From contig JACPWU010000002.1 in assembly GCA_016196885.1 (NCBI GenBank), positions 63,629 to 95,628 on the forward strand: a DNA stretch of 32,000 bases. The letters are read 5' to 3'. Source of the stretch: Chlamydiota bacterium. Its GTDB lineage: Bacteria > Auribacterota > JACPWU01. The notes beneath the pieces were generated by a model. The model had not been told where the DNA came from, did not search any database, and was given only the letters and a program-made list of their open reading frames with translations. The position numbers were made by a program, and so were the translations under genes. Within the stretch, counting starts at the first letter, position 1. Every line of letters begins with the position of its first letter. Below are positions 1 through 7,247 of this stretch, piece by piece.

Positions 1-74
1 CATCCCTCTTATCTCCTTAGAAATCCGGAGTACAAACGCGAGGTTTGGAGAGATTTACAGTGGGTGATGAAGGA

Positions 75-179
75 GTTAGTAAGCGCGTAAGTGTCTAAGT
101 GCTTAGGTGCTTAAGTTGAAAAGGAAATAAATTTATTCCTTATTAACTTAAGCACTTAGACACTTATCAACTTAAGCAC
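75..179. repeat. Periodic-arm hairpin H1: long imperfect hairpin whose arms are tandem degenerate 8-nt units
   Basis: Left arm GTTAGTAA GCGCGTAA GTGTCTAA GTGCTTAG GTGCTTAA (75-114). Right arm TTAAGCAC TTAGACAC TTATCAAC TTAAGCAC (148-179) is largely its reverse complement, unit for unit. Small inner hairpin AAGGAAATAAATTTATTCCTT. The TAA at 88-90 could be the stop of a gene cut off by the window edge. Confidence 0.7.
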
Positions 180-193
180 TCACATGTATTCTT

Positions 194-2191
194 ATGAACT
201 ACGCCCGTCTTTTTTTTGAAGTTCCATTAAAGCAAGGTTTTGATTACCTCATTCCTGAACACTTGCGATCCCAGGTGGTGGAAGGTTCTCGCGTCTTGGC
301 CCCTTTCGGTCGCGCGAGGAAGTGGGGTTATGTGAAGGAACTTTTAGTCAAGCCGGATGTATCTGAAGTGAAAGAAATTTTAGAAATTGCAGAAGGCCCT
401 CCCGTTTTTACGCCTGCCCTTTTTCAATTGGCCCAGTGGATGAGCGATTATTACCTTTCTCCTCTGGGCATGGTTTTGAGAACGATGTTGCCCGGTCCAT
501 TTCGAAAATTTCGTTCAGCGACATCGAGAGTGAAGGAGACTCTTTTCGAAGAAGAAAATGAAATGGAGTCCCCTCATCTCTTGAATGAAGAACAGAAAAA
601 GGCCCAAGGGCTTATTTTTAAAAGATTAGATGAAGCCATTTTTTCCGTGGTTCTCATTCATGGTGTGACGGGCAGTGGAAAAACGGAGCTCTATCTTTCG
701 AGTATTGAAAAAGTCTTGGCCCAAGGAAAAGATGTGATTGTGCTGGTGCCTGAAATTTCTTTGACGCCACAAACAGTAGAGCGGGTAAAAAATCGCTTTG
801 GTAAAATTGTGGCCTTGATGCACAGCCGCATGAGCGAGGGGGAGCGCGTTAAGGAATGGGAGAGAATTCAAAGGGGTGAGGCCCGCATTGGGGTAGGGCC
901 TCGTTCTGCGGTGTTTGCGCCTTTTCGGAATTTAGGTCTGATCATTGTGGATGAAGAGCATGAGCGTACCTATAAACAAGAAGAAATGCCGCGTTATCAG
1001 GGTCGGGATGTCGCGATCATGCGGGCCAAGTTCGAAAGGGCCGTGGTGCTTTTGGGATCGGCGACTCCGGCTTTGGAGTCCTATTTTAACGCAGAACAGG
1101 GAAAATACGATCTTGTGACTCTTTTGAAGCGCGTGATGAACCGGCCCATGCCGGAGGTGCGAGTTGTGGACATGCGCAAAGAATCAGAAGCTTATGGACG
1201 ACTTATTTCTTTTTCCAAAACGTTAAGTGATGAGATCAATGAACGGCTGAAGCGTCGGGAGCAAGTGATTCTATTTTTAAATCGTCGCGGCTATGCCCCC
1301 ATGGTTTTATGTCCCAAATGTGGTCATGTCATTATTTGCGTGGAGTGCGATCAGGCAATGACCTATCATCGGAACAGAGAATACATGCTTTGCCATCTAT
1401 GTGAATCTCAAATTCCCATTCCTCAAAAGTGTCCGAAATGCGAGCATCCTAGGCTTCATCGCTTGGGGGTGGGAACGCAGCGCATTGAAACCCATTTGGA
1501 AAAAATTTTGCCTCATGCGACGCTTCGCCGCATGGATACGGACTCGACACGGACTAAAGATGCGCATGAAAAAATTCTACAGTCTTTTCGATCAGGGGAG
1601 GTTCAAATCCTGGTGGGAACCCAGATGATTGCGAAGGGGCTAGATTTCCCAAATGTCACTTTGGTGGGGGTGATGAGTGCAGATGTGGCCATGAGTCTTC
1701 CGGATTTCAGAATGGGCGAGCATACGTTTCAGTTGTTAACCCAGGTGGCAGGCCGCTCAGGAAGGGGAGACAAAAAGGGGGTGGTGTTGATTCAGACGCT
1801 CACGCCCTTTCATCCTGTGATTCGAGCGGCGATGGCGCAAGATTATTTACAATTTTATAAAAGCGAATTGGTTTATCGCAAACAGTTGGTCTATCCTCCT
1901 TTTTCGCGCATTGTCTCCATGGAATTTGAAGGCAAGCCTGAGCCCAAGGTCATTCAGGTGGCGAAAGAAATGAGCGTCTTAGTCAAAAAACATCTTCCCT
2001 CCTCAACTCGCGTTTTCGGTCCTCATCAAGCGCCCATTTCCAAGATCAAAGGAAAATTCCGCTGGCAAATCATTCTTTTTTATCCGCGTGGCCAATCCAT
2101 TCATGAACCTTTGAGACGGGTTCTGGATGATTTTAATCAGGATAGATTAGTGAAGGTGATGATCGACGTGGATCCGGTGAGTTTGATTTAG
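194..2191 (+). CDS. priA: Primosomal protein N' (replication restart helicase PriA)
   Basis: 665-aa ORF with Walker A GVTGSGKT, DEEH box (IIVDEEHE) and the PriA-typical Cys-rich zinc insertion CPKCG..CVEC..CHLC..CPKC, followed by helicase C-terminal motifs (TQMIAKGLDFPNVTLVG, QVAGRSGR). Confidence 0.95.
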   Translation: MNYARLFFEVPLKQGFDYLIPEHLRSQVVEGSRVLAPFGRARKWGYVKELLVKPDVSEVKEILEIAEGPPVFTPALFQLAQWMSDYYLSPLGMVLRTMLPGPFRKFRSATSRVKETLFEEENEMESPHLLNEEQKKAQGLIFKRLDEAIFSVVLIHGVTGSGKTELYLSSIEKVLAQGKDVIVLVPEISLTPQTVERVKNRFGKIVALMHSRMSEGERVKEWERIQRGEARIGVGPRSAVFAPFRNLGLIIVDEEHERTYKQEEMPRYQGRDVAIMRAKFERAVVLLGSATPALESYFNAEQGKYDLVTLLKRVMNRPMPEVRVVDMRKESEAYGRLISFSKTLSDEINERLKRREQVILFLNRRGYAPMVLCPKCGHVIICVECDQAMTYHRNREYMLCHLCESQIPIPQKCPKCEHPRLHRLGVGTQRIETHLEKILPHATLRRMDTDSTRTKDAHEKILQSFRSGEVQILVGTQMIAKGLDFPNVTLVGVMSADVAMSLPDFRMGEHTFQLLTQVAGRSGRGDKKGVVLIQTLTPFHPVIRAAMAQDYLQFYKSELVYRKQLVYPPFSRIVSMEFEGKPEPKVIQVAKEMSVLVKKHLPSSTRVFGPHQAPISKIKGKFRWQIILFYPRGQSIHEPLRRVLDDFNQDRLVKVMIDVDPVSLI

Positions 2192-2192
2192 A

Positions 2193-2410
2193 TTTTTATC
2201 CCATTGTGAGTCCTGCCCCTCCTCATCCAGCAAAGGAGGTTTTTCTGCCAGTGGCAGAAAAAAGCCGACTGCGGTAGTAAATGTTCTTTTTCCTCTGTCC
2301 CCATCGATGGCATCGGCTTCGTTAATGGTTTTTTGTTTAAGTCTTATGTCTCAGCCTGCTGGCACTCGATGGGGGACCCCCAGTCGGGTCACCCACAATG
2401 TGATAAAAAA
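2193..2410. repeat. About 218-bp intergenic block, rich in hairpins and bounded by an imperfect ~20-bp inverted repeat (possible MITE-like relic)
   Basis: Left end TTTTTATCCCATTGTGAGT (2193-2211) versus the reverse complement of the right end, TTTTTATCACATTGTGGGT (2392-2410). The interior holds several independent hairpins (CCTCC..GGAGG, TTTTCTGC-CAGTG-GCAGAAAA, CCATCGATGG, CGATGGGGGACCCCCAGTCG). There is no ORF. Confidence 0.4.
2241..2261. terminator. Palindromic hairpin flanked by T-run and A-run; candidate bidirectional terminator after priA
   Basis: TTTTCTGC CAGTG GCAGAAAA: 8-bp stem including the T/A runs, located 50 nt after the priA stop. Confidence 0.45.
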
Positions 2411-2448
2411 GGGGTGGTGTGGTAAAAAAAATCATCTCAAAATTAATA

Positions 2449-2469
2449 ATCATACTATGATTGTATGAT
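2449..2469 (+). promoter_or_regulatory. Palindrome with repeated TATGAT boxes upstream of vapB (candidate promoter/operator)
   Basis: ATCATA-C-TATGAT perfect palindrome (2449-2461) followed by TGTATGAT. It lies about 25-45 nt upstream of the vapB start, which has an SD-like GAGAGGTGA. Confidence 0.35.
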
Positions 2470-2492
2470 AAATAATGACGTATGAGAGGTGA

Positions 2493-2693
2493 ATGATGAA
2501 GATTACAACATATATTGATGGAGATCTCTTGAAGCGGGCTTTAAAGGAAACAGGATCTCATTCTCAGCGTGAGGTGATTGAGACAGGTCTCAGAAATCTC
2601 TTAGCTGATTTTAAAAGAAAGCGTTTTGTGAAGGATTTTAATAACCTGCGCCTCAATCTTTCTCTGGAAACCCTTAAAAAAGAGCGTTCATGA
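2493..2693 (+). CDS. vapB: Type II antitoxin, VapB/DUF2191-like
   Basis: 66-aa ORF. The N-terminal pattern TTYIDGDLLKRALKETGSHSQREVIETGLRNLL matches the T.IDIDD.LL..A...TG..TKRE.V..AL..L signature of DUF2191 VapB antitoxins. Its stop overlaps an ATG in an ATGA junction, as in TA operons. Confidence 0.7.
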   Translation: MMKITTYIDGDLLKRALKETGSHSQREVIETGLRNLLADFKRKRFVKDFNNLRLNLSLETLKKERS

Positions 2694-2790
2694 CAAAGCT
2701 ATCTTTCTTCATGCAGACATCGATTTTGACCGAATTGCTAAAATTTGCTCTCCACAGGTAGAGAGCTGTGTCAAAGAAACACGAGAGTAA
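2690..2790 (+). pseudogene. Remnant of a PIN-domain VapC toxin (start codon plus C-terminal about 30 codons, in different frames)
   Basis: The ATG at 2690 overlaps the vapB stop (ATGA) but opens only a 23-codon ORF. In another frame, 2698-2790 reads AIFLHADIDFDRIAKICSPQVESCVKETRE*, resembling the VapC C-terminal A.L.T.D.DF..I motif. There is no room for a ~130-aa PIN domain. Confidence 0.5.
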
Positions 2791-2804
2791 TAGGTTGAGT
2801 AAAT

Positions 2805-4199
2805 TTATTTCTGATACGCCTTCTGAACCCTCTGTGAGACGTCTTTGTAGGCGATGTCGACTTCGAAGATTTTTTTGTATTCCATGACGGCTTTGGGGAT
2901 TTGATTCATGGCTTCGTAGACGAGGCCTAGATGGTAGAGGACGTCTTTTTTGAAGGCGTCCATGTCTGTGAGTTCTTCGGAAACTTTTAACAGTTGTTTT
3001 TCGGCCAGGTCATAAAATTTTTTCTCAAGGAAGCACAGACCCAGATAATAAAGGGCTTTGAGCCTTTTCTGAGGATCCTTCGCAGCTTGCTGAAATTCCT
3101 GGATGGCATGATCGAACTGCCCTGCTCCATAGTAAAGACTCCCCAGTTCGTAACGGTAAGGCAGTTGGTTAGGGTAGCGTTCGACCCGCTTTTTGCATTC
3201 TAAAAGGGCCATTTCACTTTTTTGCTTTTCGAGTTCTTGAATTTGTTGGGTGAGGGACGCATCCGTTGATTTTTTCGCGAATTCATTGCGGAGTCTAAAA
3301 AGTTTTTCTTCTGTTTTTCTGAGTGTCAAAATCGAGACTTGTTGAGCAAATCCGCCATCTGAAGGAAGAAGCTTGGCCAATTTTTCATAAGTGGCGATGG
3401 CGTGATCGTATTCTTTCCCTTGTTCATAGAACTTGGCCAATTCGCGTAATAAAGAAGTGTTATCCGGTTGATTCTGCAATTTTTTCTGAAGATCAGCCAC
3501 CAAGAGTGTCAAATCCTCTTCGCTTTTCACAACCCGGCCCTGGGTTTCCAGAAGGTTTGCCTCTTTCTCATCCCTGATTTTGTTCCGATAAGTCGAGGTG
3601 TCCGACCATTGTCCCTGTTGAATGGTGCGCATGGCCTCAATGTCCTTGAATCCTTTGGCGGCCACTGGATCGGATGAATTTTTCTTGAGCGCTTCTTGAA
3701 AATATTTTTTGGACTTTTCAAAATTTCCTTCCTTAAGATGGAGCTGAGCCAGTTGGTTTAAGACAGAGGTGTCTTGGGGGCAGAGTTTTCTCAAAATTTC
3801 AAAGGTGTCTTGCGCCGTTTGCGTCCAGCCTAAGAGAAGGGCGGTGAGGGCCAGTTTTTTTAAGGCATAGATGTTTGTCGGATCAATTTTCAAAATAAGT
3901 TCCAGTGTTTGGGTTATGGCCAAATCTCTTTTTCTCATTTCTTGAATAAAAAGAAGACCCCATAAGGGAAGGGTAAAAATCCATTGAAAAACTTTTTTTG
4001 GGAGGAGAAATTTTCCGCTTTCCGCTTTTTGAAGCTGAAGCGTTCTAAGAAGAGCCCTCGCCTTGTGAAAATCAGGGTAAGAGAGGAGAAGATTCTTGAG
4101 CAGCGTGGAGGCATATTTGAAATGGCCCATGTTGTAGGCCTCTTTCGCCTTCTCATAGAAATCAGTCGCTCTTTGAGATATTTCGTGCTGAGATCCCAT
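2805..4199 (-). CDS. Tetratricopeptide-repeat (TPR) protein with one internal hydrophobic segment
   Basis: 464-aa ORF. Repeated 34-residue A/Y/L patterns (e.g. AKFYEQGKEYDHAIATYEKLAKLLP, GSLYYGAGQFDHAIQEFQQAAKDP, LGLVYEAMNQIPKAVMEYKKIFEVD). Hydrophobic stretch VFQWIFTLPLWGLLFI. Confidence 0.8.
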   Translation of the reverse strand: MGSQHEISQRATDFYEKAKEAYNMGHFKYASTLLKNLLLSYPDFHKARALLRTLQLQKAESGKFLLPKKVFQWIFTLPLWGLLFIQEMRKRDLAITQTLELILKIDPTNIYALKKLALTALLLGWTQTAQDTFEILRKLCPQDTSVLNQLAQLHLKEGNFEKSKKYFQEALKKNSSDPVAAKGFKDIEAMRTIQQGQWSDTSTYRNKIRDEKEANLLETQGRVVKSEEDLTLLVADLQKKLQNQPDNTSLLRELAKFYEQGKEYDHAIATYEKLAKLLPSDGGFAQQVSILTLRKTEEKLFRLRNEFAKKSTDASLTQQIQELEKQKSEMALLECKKRVERYPNQLPYRYELGSLYYGAGQFDHAIQEFQQAAKDPQKRLKALYYLGLCFLEKKFYDLAEKQLLKVSEELTDMDAFKKDVLYHLGLVYEAMNQIPKAVMEYKKIFEVDIAYKDVSQRVQKAYQK

Positions 4200-4271
4200 T
4201 CCCTATCCTTTGCGATAAGTTTGTGTCAATGAATATTTTCTCTAAATTCTAAAAGACGAGTCTAGAGAAGG

Positions 4272-4283
4272 TATGATATCATA
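4272..4283 (+). promoter_or_regulatory. Perfect 12-bp palindrome TATGATATCATA containing an extended -10-like TGATATCAT, 8 nt before the def ATG
   Basis: TG-A-TATCAT at 4274-4282. The def ATG is at 4291 with no SD in between, so the mRNA could have a very short leader or none. Confidence 0.35.
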
Positions 4284-4290
4284 AAGCCCT

Positions 4291-4836
4291 ATGATTCGAG
4301 AAATTCGTTTATACGGGGATCCTGTTTTGAGGCGCAAGGCTGAAGAGGTGAAGGCCTTTGATGCGCGGCTCAAGGCCCTCGTCCAGGATATGTTTGAGAC
4401 CATGGAGGATGCGGGTGGAGTCGGGCTTGCGGCTCCACAGATTGGGATTTCCCAAAGGATTTTTGTGATTGATTTAAAGGGTCCCGCGACGCGTTTAGGG
4501 GTGATCAATCCTCATCTAAAAATATCGGGTCCTTTGATCAAGGGATCAGAGGGGTGCCTTTCCATCCCTGGAATTTCTGCTCAGGTGGCCAGGCCAGCGC
4601 ATGTGCATCTTCAGGCGATGGATGAGGAGGGAAGGCCTTTTGAACTCGAGGCCGAGGGGCTCATGAGCCGGGCCCTGCAGCATGAATTGGATCATTTGGA
4701 CGGCATTTTCTTTCTGGACCGCCTCAGTTTAACGCAGAGATCTCTCCTTTTAACAAAGGTCAAGCGGCTGGAGAAAGAGGTCGCTGCGGGTCACAAGGTG
4801 GAGAGGCCCCGGGAAAACGCCGAGAGTGTTCTTTAA
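4291..4836 (+). CDS. def: Peptide deformylase
   Basis: All three deformylase motifs are present: GVGLAAPQIG, EGCLSIPG, HELDHLDG. Confidence 0.95.
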   Translation: MIREIRLYGDPVLRRKAEEVKAFDARLKALVQDMFETMEDAGGVGLAAPQIGISQRIFVIDLKGPATRLGVINPHLKISGPLIKGSEGCLSIPGISAQVARPAHVHLQAMDEEGRPFELEAEGLMSRALQHELDHLDGIFFLDRLSLTQRSLLLTKVKRLEKEVAAGHKVERPRENAESVL

Positions 4837-5628
4837 ATGCGAGACACCTTCCTTTGCGTCTTTCTTCATTCCCTGAGAGGTTTTCGCTATGTCTCTCTTG
4901 TGGTTCCATGGTCCGGCAAGCGGATCTTTGGATACTTATGCTTTCTGGGGTTGTGTTTTTCGCTGGTGTTTCTTTTTTTTCAACTTTCTCCTTTGATCAA
5001 GGGTCTAAACTCAACGACAGAATGGGCGATTCATGAACTTCCGACGTTCAGAATTGAAAATGGGCATCTTCGAATTTTAGAAGAATCCTCTCCTAAAAAA
5101 GAATCAGAGTCCAAAAAAGTTTATCGTCCGGTATGGAATCAATCCTTTGCCCTTTGGTTGGATGAGAATGCTCAAGGTTCAGATTTAGCTCCTTACCCCT
5201 TTGGCATGATTTTGAAATCGGGCGAGATGATTGTCAAAAGGGGACTCATGATTCAAAACGTTCACTATGGCCAGGATTTTTCTATCACCATTTCCCCGTA
5301 TACCCTTCGGGAGGCTAGAGACATCCTCTTGTGGGTGTCTCCTCTTTTTCTCCTAGGGGCAGGCTGGTTCAATTTGGTTTTGATCAAGGGCCTGGAGGCC
5401 ATTTTCTTAGGGACGTTGGCCTGTGTGGGGAGCCGGCTCTTTGGAAGAAAAATTTCCTGGAAATCCTCTTTTACCCTGGCTGTGGTGGCCTTAGCACCTG
5501 CTCTTCTTTTCTCATCGGTGCTGGGGATTTTTGGAATTTCCCTTCATTGGGGGAATCATTTTTATGATGGTCTTTATCTTCTCTTTTTTGGTGGGGCTTG
5601 TATTCAATGGGTGCGAGAGGTGAGATGA
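4837..5628 (+). CDS. Polytopic membrane protein, DUF1189-like
   Basis: 263-aa ORF starting directly after the def stop and ending in an ATGA overlap with fmt. An N-terminal TM is followed by a soluble segment (ELPTFRIENGHLRIL) and 3-4 C-terminal TMs, as in DUF1189 proteins. The family call is tentative. Confidence 0.6.
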   Translation: MRDTFLCVFLHSLRGFRYVSLVVPWSGKRIFGYLCFLGLCFSLVFLFFQLSPLIKGLNSTTEWAIHELPTFRIENGHLRILEESSPKKESESKKVYRPVWNQSFALWLDENAQGSDLAPYPFGMILKSGEMIVKRGLMIQNVHYGQDFSITISPYTLREARDILLWVSPLFLLGAGWFNLVLIKGLEAIFLGTLACVGSRLFGRKISWKSSFTLAVVALAPALLFSSVLGIFGISLHWGNHFYDGLYLLFFGGACIQWVREVR

Positions 5629-6563
5629 AAATTGTTTTTATGGGGACGCCGCACGTAGCGGCCCTGGCCTTGGAGGGGGTGGCAAGGCATTTTCCAATCA
5701 CGGGGGTGGTGACTCAACCCGATCGGCCTCGAGGACGTGGGCTTCATGTTTTTCCCTCTCCTGTGAAGGAAATGGCCATTCGTTTGGGTCTTGCGGTTTT
5801 GGAACCCGTGAAAACAAGGGATCCCGTTTTTCTCGCAAATTTAAAAAGTTGGGCCCCTGATTTGATCGTGGTGGTGGCCTATGGTGGACTCTTGCCGCGC
5901 TCGGTTCTTGAAATTCCTTCCCTAGGTTGTGTGAACCTTCATTCTTCGCTTTTACCCAAATACCGCGGAGCGGCCCCGGTTCAATGGGCTTTTTTAAATG
6001 TGGAAAAGGAAACAGGATGGACCACTTTTTATCTTTCAGAGGGGATGGATTCTGGGGACATGATTCTTCAGAAAAAAATGTGGGTGCAACCTGAGGATGA
6101 TGCCGCTTCTTTTTTTGAAAGGATGATTCCGTCAGGAATTGAATTGTTAAAAGAAACGATTCAGCAGGTTTTAAATGGAAGGGCGCCGCGCATCCCCCAA
6201 AATCATAGGGAGGCGACCCTCGCGCCTAAATTAAGCAAGGCCGACGGAAAAATAGATTGGAATCAGTCGGCTGTTTCCCTTTGGAATCGGGTTCGCGGGC
6301 TTCTCCCCTGGCCTGTGGCCTTTACCTCCTTTGAATGGAAAGGGAAGTTGCATGAGTTACGCATTTTTAAGGCATCTGTCGAAACGGGAAAATCACCTGC
6401 GCCGGGTAAGATCTTAGAAATTCGTTTGGATGGATTTTTGGTAGGGACGGGTCGGGATGCTTTATGGATTCAAGAAGTTCAGAAAGAAGGTTCTCGCCGG
6501 ATGAGCGCGGAAGAATTTTTGAGAGGGCATGCGATTGCGGTCGGGACTGTTTTAGGGAAATAA
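5625..6563 (+). CDS. fmt: Methionyl-tRNA formyltransferase
   Basis: MKIVFMGTP start (the ORF track extends to 5598; ATG 5625 overlaps the upstream stop as ATGA). Motifs VVTQPDRPRGRG, NLHSSLLPKYRGAAPVQWA, and a C-terminal Fmt domain. Confidence 0.93.
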   Translation: MKIVFMGTPHVAALALEGVARHFPITGVVTQPDRPRGRGLHVFPSPVKEMAIRLGLAVLEPVKTRDPVFLANLKSWAPDLIVVVAYGGLLPRSVLEIPSLGCVNLHSSLLPKYRGAAPVQWAFLNVEKETGWTTFYLSEGMDSGDMILQKKMWVQPEDDAASFFERMIPSGIELLKETIQQVLNGRAPRIPQNHREATLAPKLSKADGKIDWNQSAVSLWNRVRGLLPWPVAFTSFEWKGKLHELRIFKASVETGKSPAPGKILEIRLDGFLVGTGRDALWIQEVQKEGSRRMSAEEFLRGHAIAVGTVLGK

Positions 6564-6566
6564 AAC

Positions 6567-6674
6567 AAATTTCCAATAACAAATGTCAAATTAATTTCCA
6601 ATTCTCCAATGACCCATTGGGGATTGGAGCATGGGTCATTCATTTGATATTTGTTATTGGAAATTGGTTATTTC
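6567..6674. repeat. Periodic-arm hairpin H2 between fmt and rsmB (weaker 8-nt periodicity)
   Basis: AATTTCCAATAACAAATGTCAAAT (left) pairs with ATTTGATATTTGTTATTGGAAATT (right), and AATGACCCAT pairs with ATGGGTCATT. The left arm carries a 16-nt bulge. Units include ATTCTCCA, ATGACCCA / TTGGGGAT, TGGAGCAT, TTGGAAAT, TGGTTATT. Confidence 0.65.
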
Positions 6675-6675
6675 T

Positions 6676-7216
6676 ATGAGTCCTCGTGACGCTGCCTTTC
6701 ACGCCCTTCAAAATTGGGAAAAGAAATCTTTGCCTATCTCTTACACCCTCGAGCCCTATTTTTTAAAGGCGAGTGAAGAAGATTTTTGAGAACATGAGGC
6801 GGTTGGGAATCAAAATGATTCTACCGATGGTGGCGGATGCGACGAAGATCAAAAATCTTTTTAAAATTCCTTTTGACCGCATTTTGGTAGATGTCCCGTG
6901 TTCTAATTGCGGAGTTTTTGCTAAAAGGGTCGAGGCCCGCTGACGGTTTTCTATGAAAGAAGTCAAGCGCTTGGCTGCGTTACAGATTCAAATTTTAAAA
7001 GAGGCGCTTCGGCTTCTAAAGTCAGGGGGGATTTTGGTGTATTCTACGTGCAGCATTGATCCTATCGAAAATGAGGAAGTGGTTCGAGCTTCCTTGAAAG
7101 ACCAAGCTCAATTCCAGCTCACCGATGAAAAAACAATATTTCAAACTCTTCAGCAGGCGGGGGGCTATTGGGCAAAGATAAGACTTTCCCTTGACAAGGG
7201 CGCTTTCCTAATTTAG
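6676..7216 (+). pseudogene. rsmB: 16S rRNA m5C967 methyltransferase RsmB, inactivated (large internal deletion, frameshift, in-frame TGA)
   Basis: The conserved def-fmt-rsmB order is kept. 6676-6786 encodes 37 aa (MSPRDAAFHALQNWEKK..) and then a stop. A +1 frame from about 6767 reads ..ENMRRLGIK..FDRILVDVPCSNCGVFAKRVEAR*RFSMKEVKRLAALQIQIL..GGILVYSTCSI.P.ENE, which aligns with the E. coli RsmB C-terminus (FDRILLDAPCSATGV..PDIKWLRR..LQSEIL..GGTLVYATCS). The TGA at 6941-6943 replaces the conserved Trp. The NusB-like domain and the SAM-binding AAPGGKT region are missing. Confidence 0.85.
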
Positions 7217-7233
7217 ATTGAGTCTCAATTAAA
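7191..7233 (+). promoter_or_regulatory. Sigma70-like promoter with an overlapping palindrome upstream of the FTR1 operon
   Basis: TTGACA (7191-7196), a 17-nt spacer, then TAGATT (7214-7219). The palindrome ATTGAG-T-CTCAAT (7217-7229), within TTAGATTGAGTCTCAATTAAA, overlaps the -10. SD AGGAG at 7237-7241, ATG at 7248. Confidence 0.45.
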
Positions 7234-7247
7234 CCCAGGAGTGTCAG

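Noticed and set aside
2241-2275. GCCAGTGGC / GCCACTGGC resemblance to the cobalamin riboswitch B12-box core
   Set aside because: It is only a short palindrome. The rest of the riboswitch consensus is absent, and no B12-related gene lies downstream on either strand.
6464-6679. 71-aa ORF spanning the fmt 3' end and the fmt-rsmB spacer
   Set aside because: Its C-terminal half is simply the translation of hairpin H2 (repetitive FQFSND..IFVIGNW), and its N-terminal half is out of frame within fmt.
6941-6943. TGA at the conserved Trp position of RsmB as evidence for a TGA=Trp (or Gly) genetic code
   Set aside because: TGA clearly terminates several well-supported genes here (vapB, the DUF1189-like gene, cusB, the second OMF, and the secreted protein at 30572). 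The rsmB locus also carries a frameshift and a large deletion, so a nonsense mutation in a pseudogene is the simpler reading.
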